NCBI RefSeq assembly: GCF_006345805.1
Contig: NW_021827013.1
Coordinates: forward strand, 1 to 11,266
Direction of reading: 5' to 3'
Length of the DNA stretch: 11,266 bases
Source of the DNA: Octopus sinensis
Taxonomy: Eukaryota
Shown here: piece by piece, positions 8,083 through 11,266 of the stretch
Numbering within the stretch: position 1 is the first letter of the stretch
Layout: every line of letters starts with the position of its first letter
Notes under the pieces: model-generated
Told to the model about the DNA's origin: nothing
The model's input: the letters and a program-made list of their open reading frames with translations, nothing else
The model's database searches: none
Made by a program: the position numbers and the translations under genes

Positions 8083-8738
8083 GATGGTAATGATGATGAT
8101 GATGATGATGATGACGATGATAGCAGCAAAGGGGAAAAAAGATATAGAAAGGAAGCTGCATGAGGATAACCATAGATAATGATGGTAACGATATAGATGA
8201 CGATGATGACGACGACAAAAATGATAGCAAAGATGCTGAGACGCCGACGACGATGATAACCACCCACTATGATAATACTTATGAATATGAGGATTATTAT
8301 GACGGAGATGATGATGCTGGTGACGATGGCGATGACGACGACGACGATGATGATGATGATGAGGAGGAGGGGGCAGGAGGGGGGCAGGAGGGGTGAGACG
8401 ACGAAGATAATGACGTCGACGAAGAAAATGAGGAGAGAAGAGGCTTTTATATTGCTACGTATGACTTATGACTGACGAGCGGCTAATTGAAACACCAGCA
8501 ACTGCTGCACCAACGGCAGTGACGTCGTCGTCATCATCATCATAATCATCAGCATCCTCATTTTCATCCTCCTCCCCATCACCATCACCATCGTTGTGGT
8601 CATCATCATCATCAACATCGTCATCATCATCATCATCAACGTCGTCATCAACATCGTCATCAACATCGTCGTCGTCATCATCATCATCATCATCATCATC
8701 CTCATCATCAACAGCAGAATCAGAATCTGCAGCACTAT

Positions 8739-8771
<33 letters not shown>

Positions 8772-8819
8772 CTGTAGTGTAGTAGTAGTGGCTGACGCAG
8801 CCGCAGCAATAGTAGTAGC

Positions 8820-8857
<38 letters not shown>

Positions 8858-9035
8858 CAGCAGCAGAAGTAGTTGTTTTTCTTGTTGCTGTTGGAGTAGC
8901 CGCCGCAGAGGCAGCAGCAGCCGCTTTGCTGATGGTGACGTTGTTCTCGGTGGCGTTGGTGGCGGCATTGATGGCGGTTGCGGTGCTGGCAGAGGTAATG
9001 GTGGTAGTGGTGATAGTGGTGTTGGTGTTCTGGTA
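8083..9035. repeat. Composite degenerate trinucleotide array: (GAT/GAC)n 8083-8430, unique spacer, (CAT/CGT)n 8521-8710, (AGT)n 8739-8857, then GCA/GCG/GGT-rich
   Basis: Direct reading. Produces the poly-D, poly-M, poly-S, poly-Y, poly-T and poly-V ORFs. Confidence 0.93.
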
Positions 9036-9314
9036 GAGCGGTCGGTGCGGGCGGTTGGTCTGGTCTTGTACAAATACAATAGTGGCGTGTTGCCACCATT
9101 ATATCTAAATAAAGCCGGACAAAAATGTTTCAGGTTTTGGACGTCTTGAGAGAAGCAGGCCACGCTTAATTGGAGCGGCGTCCCTTTCATCTTCCAGAGT
9201 GTTTTTTTGTTTGATTTTTGTTTTGTTATATATCATATCCAAATAATGGCCGCTGCTTTGATCATATCGCAAAAGTCATACACATACGCGCACACTCTTT
9301 GAAATGCGCAGATA

Positions 9315-9490
9315 TACATACACACGGATGCATGCTCTTCCATATATATATATATATATATATATATACACTTACCACAATCCCCTTATGCATAAAGTGG
9401 AACAGTGAAATACACATACGACACACACACATATATGCGTTTACCTACATACGTAGAAACATATGTCTCAGTGTCATCACTCTTTATTCA

Positions 9491-9523
<33 letters not shown>

Positions 9524-9785
9524 GTTCTACATCTATACAGACACATACACATATATATGTATGTATGTATGTATGTATGCATATTTATGTATGTATACAT
9601 GTGTGTCTGTGCATATATATGCACACATACGTAAATATATGTATTATATATATATATATGTGCGCGCGTGTGTATGCATATATATATATATGTATATATG
9701 TACATATATGTATACATACATATGTATATAAAGATAATATATACATATATATATATATACACATATACATATATTATATATGTAT

Positions 9786-9853
<68 letters not shown>

Positions 9854-9870
9854 ATCATATATATATCATA
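9315..9870. repeat. Long compound (TA)n/(CA)n/(TATC)n/(TATG)n microsatellite
   Basis: Direct reading. Confidence 0.93.
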
Positions 9871-10139
9871 GACATCTGTTCGTAGAGGGATATATTTTTG
9901 TGTGGGTGGATCTCTGTACGCACACGGGCAAATGCACACCGACAACAAACTAATATGGAATTGAAAACACAATGCTTAGCCCTAAGCTGACGCATTCTTA
10001 TATAAGAACTCACAAAGGCGTACACTCACACGTACACTCACATAGATATATACATACATACACATACACAAGTCAAACAGTGTAATGCCAAAATTATTCT
10101 TACACAATTTTGAACGCATAATCAGATTTGAATTGCAGA

Positions 10140-10264
10140 TACACACACACACACATCCATCCATCCATCCATCCATCTATCCATGTAACTACGTATATAT
10201 ATATATATATATATATGGTTATATTTTTGTATATGTATGCGTTCTATATATCGATCTATATATA

Positions 10265-10306
<42 letters not shown>

Positions 10307-10371
10307 ATATAGATCGATATATAGACACGCATACATATACAAACATATACATACATACACACACACACATA
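10140..10371. repeat. (CA)n/(CCAT)n/(TA)n compound microsatellite
   Basis: Direct reading. Confidence 0.92.
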
Positions 10372-10536
10372 TGACATGGGAGTTCTTCCATTTTCCGTCT
10401 ACCAAATCCACTCACAGGGCTTTGGTCGGTTCGTGGTATAGTAGAAACACTTTCCCAAGATGCCACGCATTGGGACTGAATCTGGACCATGTGGTTGTAA
10501 AGTAAGCTTTTTGCCATATAGCCACTCCTGCGCCTA
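10372..10536 (-). mobile_element. CORE-like SINE family C, 5' part (head + CORE)
   Basis: Minus strand reads TAGGCGCAGGAGTGGCTATATGG (A-box-like), AGATTCAGTCCC (decayed B box), then GCGTGGCATCTTGGGAAAGTGTTT (CORE-like). It runs into a microsatellite. Confidence 0.8.
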
Positions 10537-10565
10537 TATATATATACATATATATTATATATATC

Positions 10566-10624
<59 letters not shown>
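10535..10624. repeat. (TA)n microsatellite
   Basis: Direct reading. Confidence 0.95.
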
Positions 10625-10626
<2 letters not shown>

Positions 10627-10649
10627 CGCATACATTTGGCTTTCAGCTC

Positions 10650-10880
10650 CAAAAACTTTCTCCAGCAGCTTCACATAGCCGTCTGAATTGAAGTTCTTTT
10701 AAAAATCGTGGGGATAAATTCTTGACGATGGACGCAGTCGGAACGCCTGTAGCGTCCACTCCTTGTGGCCAAGTGCTGTCCATGTGACGTCGTACAAGGA
10801 GGCATATTGTCAGTATTTTGCCACCCTTACAAATCTTCATCATACGTGTAACACTTTTCCAATATTCAGATGGCTTCCTA
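10650..10880 (-). pseudogene. Decayed, internally deleted Tc1/mariner (maT/DD37D-like) transposase fragment
   Basis: Minus-strand peptides in three different frames: KPSEYWKS (KPSEYW at 10859-10876), RRSDCV..EFI (RRSDCV at 10731-10748) and NSDGYVKLLE (10660-10689). The last fits the Tc1-type N-x-x-x-Y-x-x-(I/L)-L-E segment between the first two catalytic Asp residues. Family assignment is from recall; no search was run. Confidence 0.6.
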
Positions 10881-10974
10881 CCCTCCGTGTCAGGTAACTT
10901 TTAATCAACTATAACTATAAAACTGAATAACAGAATTTAAATTGTTTTTGTCTTTGATCGGTAAGTATTATTTC

Positions 10975-11266
10975 TTATTTGCTTCTATCTAGAAATCAAA
11001 GGAAATTACTTCTGCTCCCTTCAAACTTTGCTTTTCTGATTTGGAAATCAATGTTTTGAAACTCACCTTTGAAACAGTTTCAGCGCTGAGTTGCCGGAGC
11101 TGAAATATCGTTATAGCAAATATTCTGCTGAATATCACAGACTTGCTTGTCAGTTGCTTGACCTTAACAAGTTGACAATGTCACTTAGTGGCTGTCAATG
11201 TGTCCAACTTTGATCATGAGCGGGAGTAGTTGGGGAGCATTAGAGCTATGTGCTGAGAAGATTCTT
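10975..11266 (+). mobile_element. Interspersed repeat, probably a LINE 3' non-coding segment continuing beyond the window
   Basis: GCAAATATTCTGCTGAATATCACAGACTTGCTTGTCAGTTGCTTGACCTTAAC...AGTGGCTG...GGGGAGCAT is recalled as a recurrent octopus repeat. No second copy or ORF in the window confirms this. Confidence 0.4.

Noticed and set aside
8160-8396. Asp-rich acidic (biomineralisation-like) protein
   Set aside because: Poly-Asp arises directly from the degenerate (GAT)n array, which abuts a truncated SINE. No signal peptide or exon structure.
10643-10843. 66-aa minus ORF as a real gene
   Set aside because: Better explained as one frame of a frameshifted transposase remnant, since matching motifs continue in the other two frames.
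10647-10893. Plus-strand coding exon bounded by TTTCAG and CAG|GTAACT
   Set aside because: It is 247 nt with stops in all three frames and antisense to the transposase remnant. At most a non-coding exon, with no support.

Overview
AT-rich, microsatellite-dense, non-coding eukaryotic DNA (intronic or intergenic). The repeat families and composition most resemble an Octopus genome; that assignment is from recall of the repeats, not a database search. The window is a mosaic of compound microsatellites ((TA)n, (TG)n, (TATC)n, (ATT)n, (GAT)n/(ATC)n, (TAG)n) and about ten full or partial tRNA-derived SINEs from four families: two CORE-like, one Deu/Nin-like, one Meta-like. It also holds a ~410 bp tandem duplication carrying a later SINE insertion, a frameshifted and internally deleted Tc1/mariner transposase remnant, and a probable LINE 3' segment at the right edge. 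No intact protein-coding gene, tRNA/rRNA gene or CRISPR array is supported, and almost all ORF-track entries are translations of microsatellites. The most interesting signals are structural: a nested insertion chronology, a 3' stem-loop shared by two SINE families, several fold-back (dsRNA-forming) configurations, and a few speculative splice-site or microexon candidates. I cannot support a novel biological system from this sequence alone.
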